Assembly: GCA_018303445.1 (NCBI GenBank)
Contig: JAGVYE010000003.1
Location: forward strand, 2,366-66,365
Direction: 5' to 3'
DNA from: Candidatus Woesearchaeota archaeon
Lineage (GTDB): Archaea; Nanobdellota; Nanobdellia; Woesearchaeales; GW2011-AR9
Length of the DNA stretch: 64,000 nucleotides
Shown: one piece after another, positions 26,796-36,979 of the stretch
How positions within the stretch are numbered: position 1 is the first letter of the stretch
Layout: every line of letters starts with the position of its first letter
Translations under genes and position numbers: made by a program
The notes under the pieces: generated by a model
Database searches by the model: none
The model's input: the letters and a program-made list of their open reading frames with translations, nothing else
Told to the model about the DNA's origin: nothing

Positions 26796-27341
26796 TTAAT
26801 TCTCTTTCAAATAGCCTTTGTATTCATACTTCTTCGTCTGCAAGTCAAGGTGTTGTTTAATGAGGTTGTGGAGGTTAAGAACGCGATAGGTTAACGTATC
26901 CCAGTGGATGGAAGAAAGGTCTTTTTCTAATCCTCTAATGAGTATTTTTCCGAGCCATTTCCGGAAAGGGCTTCCTTTAAATACGCTCTGCCAATCCCAA
27001 TGGACTCGGCCTTCAATTCTGAACGAAATGCGGCCGTTAATAAGGGCTTTTTTCTTTCCATTATAATCAATGGTGACTTCTTTCATTTCATAGATGTGAA
27101 CCCAAATTAGAATTTCATACTTGTAATAATGTGTCGCGTTTTTGCTTAATACCCACTCTAATTCCTGTTCTGCTCCTAAGGCAGAAGGAACTTTATGTTT
27201 GTAGGTTCTTTCATGCCACATGAAACCATAATTCTTCGCCCAATCAACAACGGCGGTATATAAACTGTCAAAATCGAAAAGTCCTGAATAGTGGATACGT
27301 TGCATTCCCGCAGAAGTGTTTACATACCCTTGCGCTTCCAT
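26796..27341 (-). CDS. Hypothetical protein
   Basis: 181-aa ORF rich in W/Y/H. No motif recognised. Confidence 0.35.
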   Translation of the reverse strand: MEAQGYVNTSAGMQRIHYSGLFDFDSLYTAVVDWAKNYGFMWHERTYKHKVPSALGAEQELEWVLSKNATHYYKYEILIWVHIYEMKEVTIDYNGKKKALINGRISFRIEGRVHWDWQSVFKGSPFRKWLGKILIRGLEKDLSSIHWDTLTYRVLNLHNLIKQHLDLQTKKYEYKGYLKEN

Positions 27342-27441
27342 AGAATTATCTGGATATTAGAAGGTAATATAAAGATTTCTCTCAAGGTCATGCTATTGAA
27401 GAAAAAAGAATATAAAGGCTTTCATCATTTCCGGTAGTAAG

Positions 27442-28416
27442 ATGAGTTTAGAGCAGATTAAAAAATCTTTAGATTTTAGAGACAATTATGAAGCTAGGGT
27501 AGCCAGAGCTGCAGATTATGTGAAAGACAGATTAGGAAATCATAAGCCTGTTTTTGGAATTGTTCTAGGAACTGGGCTTGGTGATTTAGCAGATTCGATT
27601 AAAAGAGCAACAGTAATTCCATATCTGGAGATCCCTGATTTTCCTATAACAACAGTTCCTGGGCACCAAGGAAAAATGTTAATTGGAGAAATCGAAGGCG
27701 TTCATGTAATTGGATTAAAGGGGAGAAAACATTATTATGAAGTTGCTGATGAGCCATTTAATAATGGAGTTTTGTAAGCAGTTTTTCCTGTTCATGTTCT
27801 GGCAGAGCTCGGAGTGCAAAATTATTTTGTAACTAATGCGGTGGGTGGTTTAAATTCACTGTATCAAGTTGGAGATCTTATGGCCATTACGTCACATATA
27901 AACTGTATTCGTAATCCTTTGTTGGGTAGGCATCATACTTTTGCAAGAGTTGATAACGGAGAACGGATAGAACGTTTTCAACCCATGAATAATGCTTATA
28001 ATGCGGAGTTACGGAAATTACTTTTACAAGCTGGAGGGAGGAAAGCGGTTTGTGGCATTAAAAAAACGTTGAGTAATATTCTATTTTCTTTAGGACTTAC
28101 AAAAAGATCTCTTCATGAAGGAATATATCTTGCTGTAACAGGACCTTCCTATGAAACAGAAGGGGAGTGTATTGCTTTTCGAGACGGGCTGAAAGCAGAT
28201 GCTGTTGGTATGTCTACTGCTCCAGAAGTTATCGCGGCTCGAAATAGAGGCATGACTGTTGTAGGAATGTCGTGCATTACGAATGTTATTAAAGCTGATG
28301 GTACAAATGCAACAAACCATGAGGAAGTAAAAGCTATCTTGGAATCTAAAGAAGTTAAGGACCGTTTATCCTCAACAGTAAAGGAGTTCTTTAAGTTATA
28401 TCAAAGAAATATCTAA
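27442..28416 (+). pseudogene. Purine nucleoside phosphorylase family (PNP-I/MTAP-like) gene interrupted by one in-frame TAA at 27775-27777
   Basis: Both ORFs (27442..27777 and 27814..28416) are in the same frame. N-part: GIVLGTGLGDLAD...TVPGHQGKM...GRKHYYE. C-part: VTNAVGGLN...HIN (PNP signature). Read-through gives ...NNGVL*AVFPVHVLAELGVQNYFVTNAVGGLN. Confidence 0.7.
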
Positions 28417-28430
28417 GAGAACAAGAGAGA

Positions 28431-31280
28431 TTAGATTACTTCTAGCGCGATCTGCACCAGTACGTCATTCACCATCACTTCCTTTTTCTTCACTTTGCTC
28501 GGAATGGCAAACTCAACTTGGTCTGCTTGTACACCTTCGGCAATCTCAGGCTGAAATTTTTCAATGCTTTGGTTAATCGTGGAGTCTTTCACCATCACGT
28601 ACAAAATAATTCTGTCTTCAATGGTGAGCCCTAATTCTTTGCGGTAACTGTTGATAAGTCGTATTAAAGTGCGGGAGATTCCTTCTTTGATGAGTTCTGG
28701 TGTAAGCTCAGTATTCAGATCGACAGAGAGAACGTCATCTTCTTTAAAGATGATTTTCTTTACATTCACTTCATCACCAATGAGGTCTTGGTACCCTTGT
28801 TCCAAGGTTACGCCACGAATGGTAAGAACAGAAAGCGCTTGTCGTATGGGGATTTTGCTCTTTTCTCTTTGATCAAGAGCTTTCCTGACAATGTCTCTGG
28901 TGATGTCCATCGTCTGGTGAAGTTCTTCATTAATGAGTTGTTGATCAGGGCGCGGCCAAAAGTCAAGATGCACTGATTCTGGGAGAGTTTTATTTTTATT
29001 CCGCAGCATCTGGTAAATTTCTTCAGCGATAAAAGGCATAATTGGAGCTATGACCTTAGAAAAGTTTACAAGCACATAGGCTAAAGTGTGGATGGCCTTC
29101 TCTCTCTCTTTGCTGTTCTCTTCCTTAAAGCGATCTCTGCTGCGTCGAATATACCATGTAGAAAGCTCATTGATAAAAGAAGAGATTTCTGTACAGGCGG
29201 TGAGAGGATCGTATTTTTCTAAGGCATTTGTTGTAGCACGGATAAGAAAGTGTAGTTTGCTGATGATCCAGCGGTCAAGAAGATGTGTGGAAGAGGCATC
29301 TGTAACAACTTTGTTGTCCTTGGCGAAAAGCTCGTAAAAGTTTTTGATATTACTTAAAATGATCATAATTTTGCGGTATACTTCCAGAAGATTTTCTTCT
29401 TTGAAGTTAAGGTCCTCTGCTTTCATCAAAGAAGAAGACATGAGATAAAAACGAAGTGCATCAGCTCCATATTTGTCAAGAACATAGCTCGGATCAGGGT
29501 AATTTTTTTTCGATTTTGACATTTTTGACCCATCAGCAGCTAAAACATTCCCGCTGACTTTGATGTTGCGGAAAGGAGCGTGCTCAAAAAGAAGAACACC
29601 CATGACGTGCATATAATAAAACCAAGCCCGAACCTGGCCGATGTATTCTGAAACAAAATCGCAGGGAAAATTGTTGGCGAACCATTCTTTATTTTCAAAA
29701 GGGTAATGTTTTGCGGCATAAGGCATAGATCCAGATTCAAACCAACAATCAATAACTTCCGGCACTCGGTTCATCGTTCCTTTACATTTTCGGCATTTCA
29801 GGTGGATATTATCCAGGATGTGCTTGTGAAGGTCAACATGGTTAGAAATAGTCTCGATAGCTTGTTCTTGCAATTCTTTTATACTGCCGATAACTGTCAA
29901 TTCTTTACATTTTTCATTGGTGCATTTCCATACCGGAATGGTCGTAGCCCAATATCTATTTCGGGAGATGCTCCAGTCTGGAGCAGTTTCCAGGATATTC
30001 TTAAAGCGTCCTTGTTTTAGATGAGAAGGATGCCAGTTAATTTCTTCGTTTTTGTCAAGAAGTTTTGATTTTATTTTCTGTATGTCAATAAACCAAGAGT
30101 CAACGGCATTATAAAAAAGAGGCGTTTCACAACGGTAACAGAATGGATAAGGGTGAGTGTAATCTTCTGCTTTATAGAGAAGATTTCTTTGCTCTAAATC
30201 TTCTAAAACGTGTTTATCCGCTTTTTTAAACCAGACATTAAGCCATGATTGAGGTCCGGCAATAAGCTTGCCGTGTTTTCCCACATGCTGAATGAAAGGA
30301 AGATCATATTTTTTAATCATCTGATAGTCAAATTCTCCGTATGCTGCCATGTGCACAAGACCAGTTCCTTCTTCAGCGGAAACTTCATCGCCGCCATTAA
30401 TGACATAATGTCCTTTCTTTTCTGAAGGGATGGGGTACAATGGTTCGTATTCTTTGTGAAGAAGAGCTTTTCCTTTACATTCGCTGATAACTTTGTAGTT
30501 ACCTCTTATTTCTTGCAATCGATCTTTGGCGACGATCAGATTTTCCTTTCCTTGTTTTATTTTAACATAGGTGAACTGTTCATTGACGGCAATGGCCACG
30601 TTTCCAATAAGCGTCCAAGGCGTCGTCGTCCAGGCCAGAAGATAGGTATCGGGTTCTTTTTTAAGCTTGAATTTTGCCGTGGCGGATTTCTCAGTTACCG
30701 TTTTGTAACTGTTGTCCATGGAAATTTCGGCATTGGCAAGGGGCGTTTCACAATGGGGGCAGAAGAGGAGAACTTTCTTCCCTTCATAAATGGAGCCTTT
30801 CTGCCATAACGTTTTAAAGATGTACCACACCGTTTCCATATAACTATTGTCCATCGTTTTGTAGGAGTTGTTAAATTCCATCCAAATGCCGATTCTGTCG
30901 ACCGTTTTTTTCCATTCCTCTGCAAAAAAGAGAACTTTCGATCGGCAAAATTCGTTGAATTTTCCTACTCCCATGGTTTCGATCTCTTTTTTTTCTTTTA
31001 TGCCGAGTTCCTTTTCGGCAAGGTTTTCAATGGGAAGACCATGGCAATCCCAGCCCCAGCGGCGTTCGGAACGATAGCCGCGCATCGTCCAGAAACGAGG
31101 GAAAAGATCTTTACATGTCAATCCTTGAATGTGGCCATAGTGCGGCAGCCCCGTGGCAAAGGGCGGGCCATCATAGAAGATGAACGTTTTGTTGGTTGGC
31201 CGTTGTTCTACTGATTTATTAAAGATATTCTTTTCTTTCCAAAATCGGACAATCTTTTCTTCGTTTTCTTTGCAACTCAT
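28431..31280 (-). CDS. ileS: Isoleucyl-tRNA synthetase
   Basis: HIGH-region (PHYGHI), KMSKS motif (GSKMSKSKKN), CP1 editing domain. 949 aa. Confidence 0.9.
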   Translation of the reverse strand: MSCKENEEKIVRFWKEKNIFNKSVEQRPTNKTFIFYDGPPFATGLPHYGHIQGLTCKDLFPRFWTMRGYRSERRWGWDCHGLPIENLAEKELGIKEKKEIETMGVGKFNEFCRSKVLFFAEEWKKTVDRIGIWMEFNNSYKTMDNSYMETVWYIFKTLWQKGSIYEGKKVLLFCPHCETPLANAEISMDNSYKTVTEKSATAKFKLKKEPDTYLLAWTTTPWTLIGNVAIAVNEQFTYVKIKQGKENLIVAKDRLQEIRGNYKVISECKGKALLHKEYEPLYPIPSEKKGHYVINGGDEVSAEEGTGLVHMAAYGEFDYQMIKKYDLPFIQHVGKHGKLIAGPQSWLNVWFKKADKHVLEDLEQRNLLYKAEDYTHPYPFCYRCETPLFYNAVDSWFIDIQKIKSKLLDKNEEINWHPSHLKQGRFKNILETAPDWSISRNRYWATTIPVWKCTNEKCKELTVIGSIKELQEQAIETISNHVDLHKHILDNIHLKCRKCKGTMNRVPEVIDCWFESGSMPYAAKHYPFENKEWFANNFPCDFVSEYIGQVRAWFYYMHVMGVLLFEHAPFRNIKVSGNVLAADGSKMSKSKKNYPDPSYVLDKYGADALRFYLMSSSLMKAEDLNFKEENLLEVYRKIMIILSNIKNFYELFAKDNKVVTDASSTHLLDRWIISKLHFLIRATTNALEKYDPLTACTEISSFINELSTWYIRRSRDRFKEENSKEREKAIHTLAYVLVNFSKVIAPIMPFIAEEIYQMLRNKNKTLPESVHLDFWPRPDQQLINEELHQTMDITRDIVRKALDQREKSKIPIRQALSVLTIRGVTLEQGYQDLIGDEVNVKKIIFKEDDVLSVDLNTELTPELIKEGISRTLIRLINSYRKELGLTIEDRIILYVMVKDSTINQSIEKFQPEIAEGVQADQVEFAIPSKVKKKEVMVNDVLVQIALEVI

Positions 31281-31307
31281 GGGTAAACGCCAGAAGTGAG
31301 AAGCACT

Positions 31308-31670
31308 TTAAAAATATTGTTGCTTGTTCTCTACAGGGAGAAATGTATTGCAGATATCCTTGGGTATTCTTTTTGCTGCTGCTGTTGAAGATGAAAAGAC
31401 AAGGAAATGAGAGTCGTCTGCTATAACTTCAAGAGGGATTTCTGTACATCCTTGAATTTGATTTCTCTTTATGCAATTTGCCGTGTAATCTAATATGGCC
31501 GCAAAAGAAGTATCGCCGCTTCCATAGCATACCATTTCTTGTTGGAACTCCTCGGCGAGAGTTTTTTTGGTCCCATAATGAGAGATTTCTGGCATAGCAC
31601 TGGCGAGGGCTATTCCTACGGCAGCAATAATCCCTCCTCTCGTTACAACATAGCTCACAAGTGATTTCAT
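31308..31670 (-). CDS. Hypothetical protein
   Basis: 120-aa ORF directly downstream of ileS on the same strand. Confidence 0.35.
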   Translation of the reverse strand: MKSLVSYVVTRGGIIAAVGIALASAMPEISHYGTKKTLAEEFQQEMVCYGSGDTSFAAILDYTANCIKRNQIQGCTEIPLEVIADDSHFLVFSSSTAAAKRIPKDICNTFLPVENKQQYF

Positions 31671-31760
31671 AGGTTGTTAATTCTTTTATTTTTCCTCAAG
31701 ACCTTTGTTCTTTTTATATAATTTCTGACTTATTTCTCACGGATCCTTAAGGTTCGGAGG

Positions 31761-32504
31761 TTACTTTTCTAGTTTCAGCAGCAGAACATTCCCCCTTCCT
31801 TTCTTAACTTTTTCAATTTTCCCTTTATGTTCTAATTCGGTCAGAATGAGGCTAATTTTTGCCTCTGAAAGATGGAGCATTTCCCGGCGGATTTCTTTTT
31901 GGGTTATCCTTCCGTCATTCTTTTTAATGAGCTCGAGAACTTGTTCTAAGTATCCTGGTTCGTTGGCAAGATCTTCTTTGTGTTGCTCAAGAGTTTTCTG
32001 TTGTTCTGCTTTTACTTTTTTTCGGAACAGAGACAAGAGGCCATACTTACGGCGCACTTTGATGAAGCGAATGATGGCGAAAATGAAAACAACTCCTAGC
32101 AGGACATAGCTGATGATTTCCCGTATACTTCCCTTTCCCAACTCTTTTGTTTCTACATCGAGAATAAGTTCTTCTTCCGTTTGCTGCCAGAGTTGTTCTT
32201 CGTCATCGAGATTGGGGATGAGAAAAATATCCCGAATAAATGCGCCTTCTTTCACAATATTTATTTCTTCTTCTACAACTAAAGAATTTTTCTGTGCGGA
32301 GAGAGTAAATTTTCCCAAGGGCACTTCAAAAGCATAGGTGCCGTTTTTTGCCAGAAGTTTCTGTGAAGGAGCGGTACCCATTTCCACGAGAACATTTTTT
32401 TCGATCTGCAAGTTGGAATTATACACCGAACCGCTAAGGGTTGCTCCCAAGATGAAAGGAAAAATGAATACTAAGGCAAGAATGACCGCAAGCGGAAATT
32501 TCAT
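31761..32504 (-). CDS. Membrane-anchored putative transcription regulator: signal peptide + carboxypeptidase-regulatory-like beta domain outside, single TM, cytoplasmic C-terminal winged-HTH
   Basis: Signal: MKFPLAVILALVFIFPFILGA. Beta-rich SGSVYN...GTYAFEVPLGKFTL. TM: IISYVLLGVVFIFAII. C-terminal ITQKEIRREMLHLSEAKISLILTELEHKGKIEKVKKGRGNVLLL (wHTH-like). Confidence 0.5.
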   Translation of the reverse strand: MKFPLAVILALVFIFPFILGATLSGSVYNSNLQIEKNVLVEMGTAPSQKLLAKNGTYAFEVPLGKFTLSAQKNSLVVEEEINIVKEGAFIRDIFLIPNLDDEEQLWQQTEEELILDVETKELGKGSIREIISYVLLGVVFIFAIIRFIKVRRKYGLLSLFRKKVKAEQQKTLEQHKEDLANEPGYLEQVLELIKKNDGRITQKEIRREMLHLSEAKISLILTELEHKGKIEKVKKGRGNVLLLKLEK

Positions 32505-32954
32505 AAGAGAAAGTGGGGGAAATGCTGACTATAAAAAGATTTGCTTACTGTTAATCCAATTTTCTAACTATACTCCCTGCTTGGTAAAGCCTTGGGGGGG
32601 TTGCCATCGACTCACTTTTTTACTTTTAGAATAGGTAGTGCGAGTCTCTCCCGGATAGGGCGACCCCTTACCCACAATAGACTTGTTTTTTGATACGATC
32701 GTTCGTGTATTGATGGCAGCCTTCCTTTACTAAGTCGATACTTAAGAACTTTACTTAACGTATGCGATCGCTGTTATGCTCTCTGACTGAAAGAAAGACG
32801 AAATTTTAGTGCAACGATGCCGAAGGCAAAAATTTCGAGTTGAGAAAATGGCGTCTTCAAGTGCGAAGCACCATTAATTTGGATTTTTAGGGCTTTGGAT
32901 TTTATCATATTAACTATGTAGTAGTTACAAACCGAAAGGTTTATAAACCTGTTA

Positions 32955-33317
32955 GTGTTATCTTATTGTATGTTCGGTGCACAAGATTATTATCAAACAG
33001 CAAGAAAAAATGAAGAAGTATTTAGGAATGTATTAAGAGACTTACGAGATAATAGAGGAAAAAGACCTATGGGAATATATATTCCAGAAGATTTGAAAAC
33101 AGAAGTAAGTCTCGATGAAATCTTCCAGCAATATTCAGAAGGACAAAGAATGGGAAGATTTACAATTACTTCATTTTCTAGACCAGAAAAAACAAGAGCA
33201 ACAATTGGATTTAGAGATGTTGCTCCGCTTTCAGGAGGAGGAGCCGAACTGGAATATTTGGTAAATGATGATAACTCTGTAAAGTATGAAAAACCTGGTT
33301 TTACAATGATGAGTTAA
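32955..33317 (+). CDS. Hypothetical protein
   Basis: 120-aa ORF flanked on both sides by aaacc-gaaa-ggttt hairpins. Confidence 0.35.
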   Translation: MLSYCMFGAQDYYQTARKNEEVFRNVLRDLRDNRGKRPMGIYIPEDLKTEVSLDEIFQQYSEGQRMGRFTITSFSRPEKTRATIGFRDVAPLSGGGAELEYLVNDDNSVKYEKPGFTMMS

Positions 33318-33506
33318 AGTCCAAAGCCCTTTCTCTAAAATAGCCGTTTTCTCAATTGAATATAACACCTACTATACTCTTTCTTTTATTCACTACTTTA
33401 AAATACTGAAATCACCGAAAGGTTTATATAGAAGTCCCCTCTTAACTTTTCCAAACATCTATCACCTCTTTTTCCCCGGCCAGCTGCTTCGGTGGTTGGC
33501 AGGGGT

Positions 33507-35342
33507 TTATATTCCTAAAAGTTCGCTTTTCCGTGCCCCTTTGGGTTTTCCTTTTTTCTTCATAATTAAATACATGCTTCCTAATCCTAGGGCAAGCCCC
33601 ATACCAAAGTACCACCATTCTTTCCGTATCTTCATTCCCCCTATCCTTTCCAGAAATTTCTTTTCTTCCGGGAAATAAATCCCCAGATCACTCATCTCTA
33701 AGGCATATTCTAAATATACTAACGTGGCAGAAGAGGTTTCATTTCTTAATGAATTGGCATATTGATAATAAGAGTAGCCGAGAATAGGAAAGATTCCTTC
33801 GACACTATTTTCGGCAATAAGGCGTTCCACGGCGGTTTGTTTGCTGTTCAGAAAATCTTCAAAGGCCTCGTCTTGAACGCCAATAGAACTCAAAATGGCA
33901 TTCGCTTCTGCTTTGGCCTGTGCTGCGGTAATAAGGCAGAGGGCAAATTCTCCATTAGCGAAAGATCCTTTGGCATCGTCAATCTTTTCTTTAATGTGAA
34001 TGATATTTACTGGACCAATAAATAAAGTTACATATTGATGGCGTTCTTCACTTTCGGCAATTTTTTGCTCACAGGACTTTTGCAATAGTGTCCCCTCAAA
34101 ATGGTATTTTTTTCCTTCCATGTTAAAAAATTGCATCCAGGAAATAGCAGAAAAGTATCGTTCTTCGGTATAAGCTAATAAGCCGTACAGCTCTTCTAGA
34201 GGCTCTTCTTTTTTGCTCTCTTCAAATTTTTTGAGCTGTTGTTTCACGTCGTTGAGGCGTTCTTTAACGACCATGAAAGCTTGTAAGTCTGAAATAGTCT
34301 CAATTTTTTCTAAATCTACTTTTTTTTCTAAAGCATAGTTCTTTTTTTCGATCTTGGCAAAATTTTTGGTTATTTCAGCCCGGTTTAGTTTTTGCAATTT
34401 AAATAAAGCGTTTTTAAGACCGATATTTGCTCCAAAACAAAAACTGGCGGCAGAATAAAAGTCATCTTCCGCGGTAGCATTTTCTGCCCGGCTTTTTTTC
34501 TTTTCCACGGTGGAGAAAGTTTCATTATCCAGAATAAACTTTTCTTTCTGAAATTCCTTTTCAATTTCTGCGGTTCTGGTGCAGAGTTCTTCCTGAAGTT
34601 GTCGCATAATTTCCCGATAGGCCTTGTTTTCTTCTATACTAACATTCTTATGGTTCAGGTCCACGCCAGTGAAATGAAAAATGACTTCATCAAGATCGAC
34701 AACTTCAATAATTTCCAGGCTGAGGTTCTCTTTTCCATATTGTATGAGGTTAAGATGTTCTTCTGTAGTGTTATTTTTAGTAGTATTGGTGATGTTCTCC
34801 GGCAGGATTGGTTTATGAAGGGCCGTCCCTTTGGGGATCAGAACTTTTTGGAGGCCATTTCTTGCGGCAGCTTCCATCTTCTCTTTTACGCCGCCCACAG
34901 GACCAATAATACCTCCAGAATTAATCGTTCCGGTAATGGCTATTTTGTCATCGTATTTTAGATTGAGGATGCCGATTGTGGTTAGAGCGGCAATGGCTGC
35001 TCCGGCGGAAGGACCGCCAATGATATTTGTTTTGGCTTTAATAGTGTAAATAAAATCGTGTTGATTACAATTCAGTTTAAAATGGTTGCAGGCAATGTCT
35101 TTAGCGAAGCGTGTTGAGATCTGAGTGTCAAATTTTGTCAGAGGGAAAGTTTCTAAGAAGACACGGCCAGATCCTTCTTTTATTTCGAGAAATAAATCCG
35201 CGTCGCTTCCCTCGTATTCTTTTCCATCATCCTGCACAGCAAGAAGCTTGAGGTGATATTGTTTATTCTCTTGAGCGTTTACTAAAGAGAGGCTAAAAAT
35301 AAGGATTATTATACAGAAAAATATCGCGGCTCCTTTTTGCAT
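33507..35342 (-). CDS. Secreted, membrane-tethered Lon-like S16 peptidase domain protein lacking an AAA+ module
   Basis: Signal peptide. GGPSAGAAIAALTTIG...GGVKEKMEAAARNG matches the Lon Ser-Lys dyad proteolytic domain. Long alpha-helical region. C-terminal TM FGMGLALGLGSMYLIM. Confidence 0.7.
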   Translation of the reverse strand: MQKGAAIFFCIIILIFSLSLVNAQENKQYHLKLLAVQDDGKEYEGSDADLFLEIKEGSGRVFLETFPLTKFDTQISTRFAKDIACNHFKLNCNQHDFIYTIKAKTNIIGGPSAGAAIAALTTIGILNLKYDDKIAITGTINSGGIIGPVGGVKEKMEAAARNGLQKVLIPKGTALHKPILPENITNTTKNNTTEEHLNLIQYGKENLSLEIIEVVDLDEVIFHFTGVDLNHKNVSIEENKAYREIMRQLQEELCTRTAEIEKEFQKEKFILDNETFSTVEKKKSRAENATAEDDFYSAASFCFGANIGLKNALFKLQKLNRAEITKNFAKIEKKNYALEKKVDLEKIETISDLQAFMVVKERLNDVKQQLKKFEESKKEEPLEELYGLLAYTEERYFSAISWMQFFNMEGKKYHFEGTLLQKSCEQKIAESEERHQYVTLFIGPVNIIHIKEKIDDAKGSFANGEFALCLITAAQAKAEANAILSSIGVQDEAFEDFLNSKQTAVERLIAENSVEGIFPILGYSYYQYANSLRNETSSATLVYLEYALEMSDLGIYFPEEKKFLERIGGMKIRKEWWYFGMGLALGLGSMYLIMKKKGKPKGARKSELLGI

Positions 35343-35452
35343 CGTTTTAGAAAGGTGAGGAAGGATTATAAAGGTTGCTGTCGATATGGAGATTGTATTC
35401 TAAAGACATTTGTCATCTCCTTTAAATAAGCTTCTTTTCGCTGAATTATGCT

Positions 35453-35854
35453 TTAGGCGTGATTTATCCAAAAAACACTATAATCGACCAAAGAATGGCA
35501 ATTATAATCAATACAATATGCCACCATTTCCATTTTCGTGGTTGGTAATTTTTCTCTGTTTGAGCTAAGTAATAGTTCATCGCCTTCAAAGGGGCCAATA
35601 AGGGTACAAATGTAAATAGACCTATAAAAAAACCAAGATACGGCACTGCCGACAGAAAACTCATTATTATCCAAAAAAAAAGTTCTCCAACCGGAAGTAT
35701 ATTCTTTTTTGTATCCTTCTTTTTTGGCGTATTCCAACATTTTTTTGAAAAGGGAATTTATGAAGAACATGGCAAAAAATGCTCTCAAGAAAGGAGAGAG
35801 GTCTAATTTTTCTTTTTCTCTAAAAAATTTCCAACTTCGATAAAACCATACCAT
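35453..35854 (-). CDS. Small integral membrane protein
   Basis: Multiple hydrophobic segments. 133 aa. Confidence 0.4.
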   Translation of the reverse strand: MVWFYRSWKFFREKEKLDLSPFLRAFFAMFFINSLFKKMLEYAKKEGYKKEYTSGWRTFFLDNNEFSVGSAVSWFFYRSIYICTLIGPFEGDELLLSSNREKLPTTKMEMVAYCIDYNCHSLVDYSVFWINHA

Positions 35855-36112
35855 TTCATAAATTCCAAAAGAAATAATAGACAGAAAAATAAAATTGCCG
35901 ACTGAAATTTGATTAGAATATTTTGGGGTTTTGTTTTTCTCTGACAGGTAGATAAAAAGACGATTGAACTTTATAAAAGTTTAGACTCCATTTTTGCAAT
36001 AAAAAAGTGAGGTTTATGTAAATGTAAAATTTCGAGATCTCAAAACAATGATATTCTTCAGCACAGAAAACTTTATTAAATGTTTCTTTTTGCTTACTGT
36101 TAAGGTGACATC

Positions 36113-36979
36113 ATGTTAAAAGATAATGTGAAATTAGAAGTAGTATACCAGGGAAGCAGAGATAGCTTGTCTAAAGGTATTGACGAAGCTGTTGATGGGG
36201 CTTTATTGCAGAGAACCGGGCTAATGCCTGCTGAAGTCTCTTTTGTAGGCGTACGATATAAAGTTACTCTTTTCGCTGCAGCTGCACAACCAGTAGCGCG
36301 ACAAGAAGGAGAAAGCTTGCCAGTTTCCGAAGAACAGACTTATTTGGGAACAAGCACAAGAAATCTTGACGAAGCTATACAGAGTGCGGGACAAAATTTC
36401 CAAGATGCCGCGCGAGAGGCACCTGGTAAATTTGATGAAGCGCGGATTACAGTTGAAGTAACTCAAATCGCAGAAGTTCCTTATTTTGTTCTGCCAGTGG
36501 TAGTGCGATCTATTGATAAAGAAAAATTAGTTGGCTATCATGCGGAAGGAGTTAAGCAATTGGCTGCCACTTATGGCAATCGTTTAAATCAGTCTCCCGA
36601 TGCGGTAGGGTATATGGTGCTTCATACTAAAAAAGATTACCGAAATGATACCTGTTTACCTCGAGAAGGAATAAAAAAAGAGGATATTAAAGCATTTGGT
36701 GTTAGTAGTAAATCACTTGATGATGCCATTAAAAGAGCTGGTAAAAAGCCGCGGAAATCCAAGAGGACGGTGTATGAACAACGTTCAGAGATGATAGTAT
36801 ATGGTTATCCTTGGCGCCAGGAAGTAGTTGAGAAGATTCAAGAAGTAACGATTAATACTAGAGAAGTAGCTGCACCCATGGTTGTTGCCGGGAGTAAGTC
36901 TGGAAGAATGTTCCCACGAGGGGCTCCTCCCGCGGGAAAGGAACCGGTAGCTCTTTCTAGCTTGGCAGAGTTAATGTAA
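36113..36979 (+). CDS. Hypothetical protein with three G-x-S-x3-(A/G)-I-x-x-A-G beta-alpha repeats (dodecin-like?)
   Basis: Repeats GSRDSLSKGIDEAVDGAL, GTSTRNLDEAIQSAGQNF, GVSSKSLDDAIKRAGKK. Converges with and overlaps the 3' end of 36957..38657. Confidence 0.4.
   Translation: MLKDNVKLEVVYQGSRDSLSKGIDEAVDGALLQRTGLMPAEVSFVGVRYKVTLFAAAAQPVARQEGESLPVSEEQTYLGTSTRNLDEAIQSAGQNFQDAAREAPGKFDEARITVEVTQIAEVPYFVLPVVVRSIDKEKLVGYHAEGVKQLAATYGNRLNQSPDAVGYMVLHTKKDYRNDTCLPREGIKKEDIKAFGVSSKSLDDAIKRAGKKPRKSKRTVYEQRSEMIVYGYPWRQEVVEKIQEVTINTREVAAPMVVAGSKSGRMFPRGAPPAGKEPVALSSLAELM

Noticed and set aside
27442-28416. Interpreting the in-frame TAA in the PNP gene as evidence for genome-wide stop-codon reassignment
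   Set aside because: TAA, TAG and TGA all terminate well-defined conserved genes in this window (e.g. rps6e and ftsZ1 with TAA, proS with TGA). A single event is better explained by a mutation or an error.
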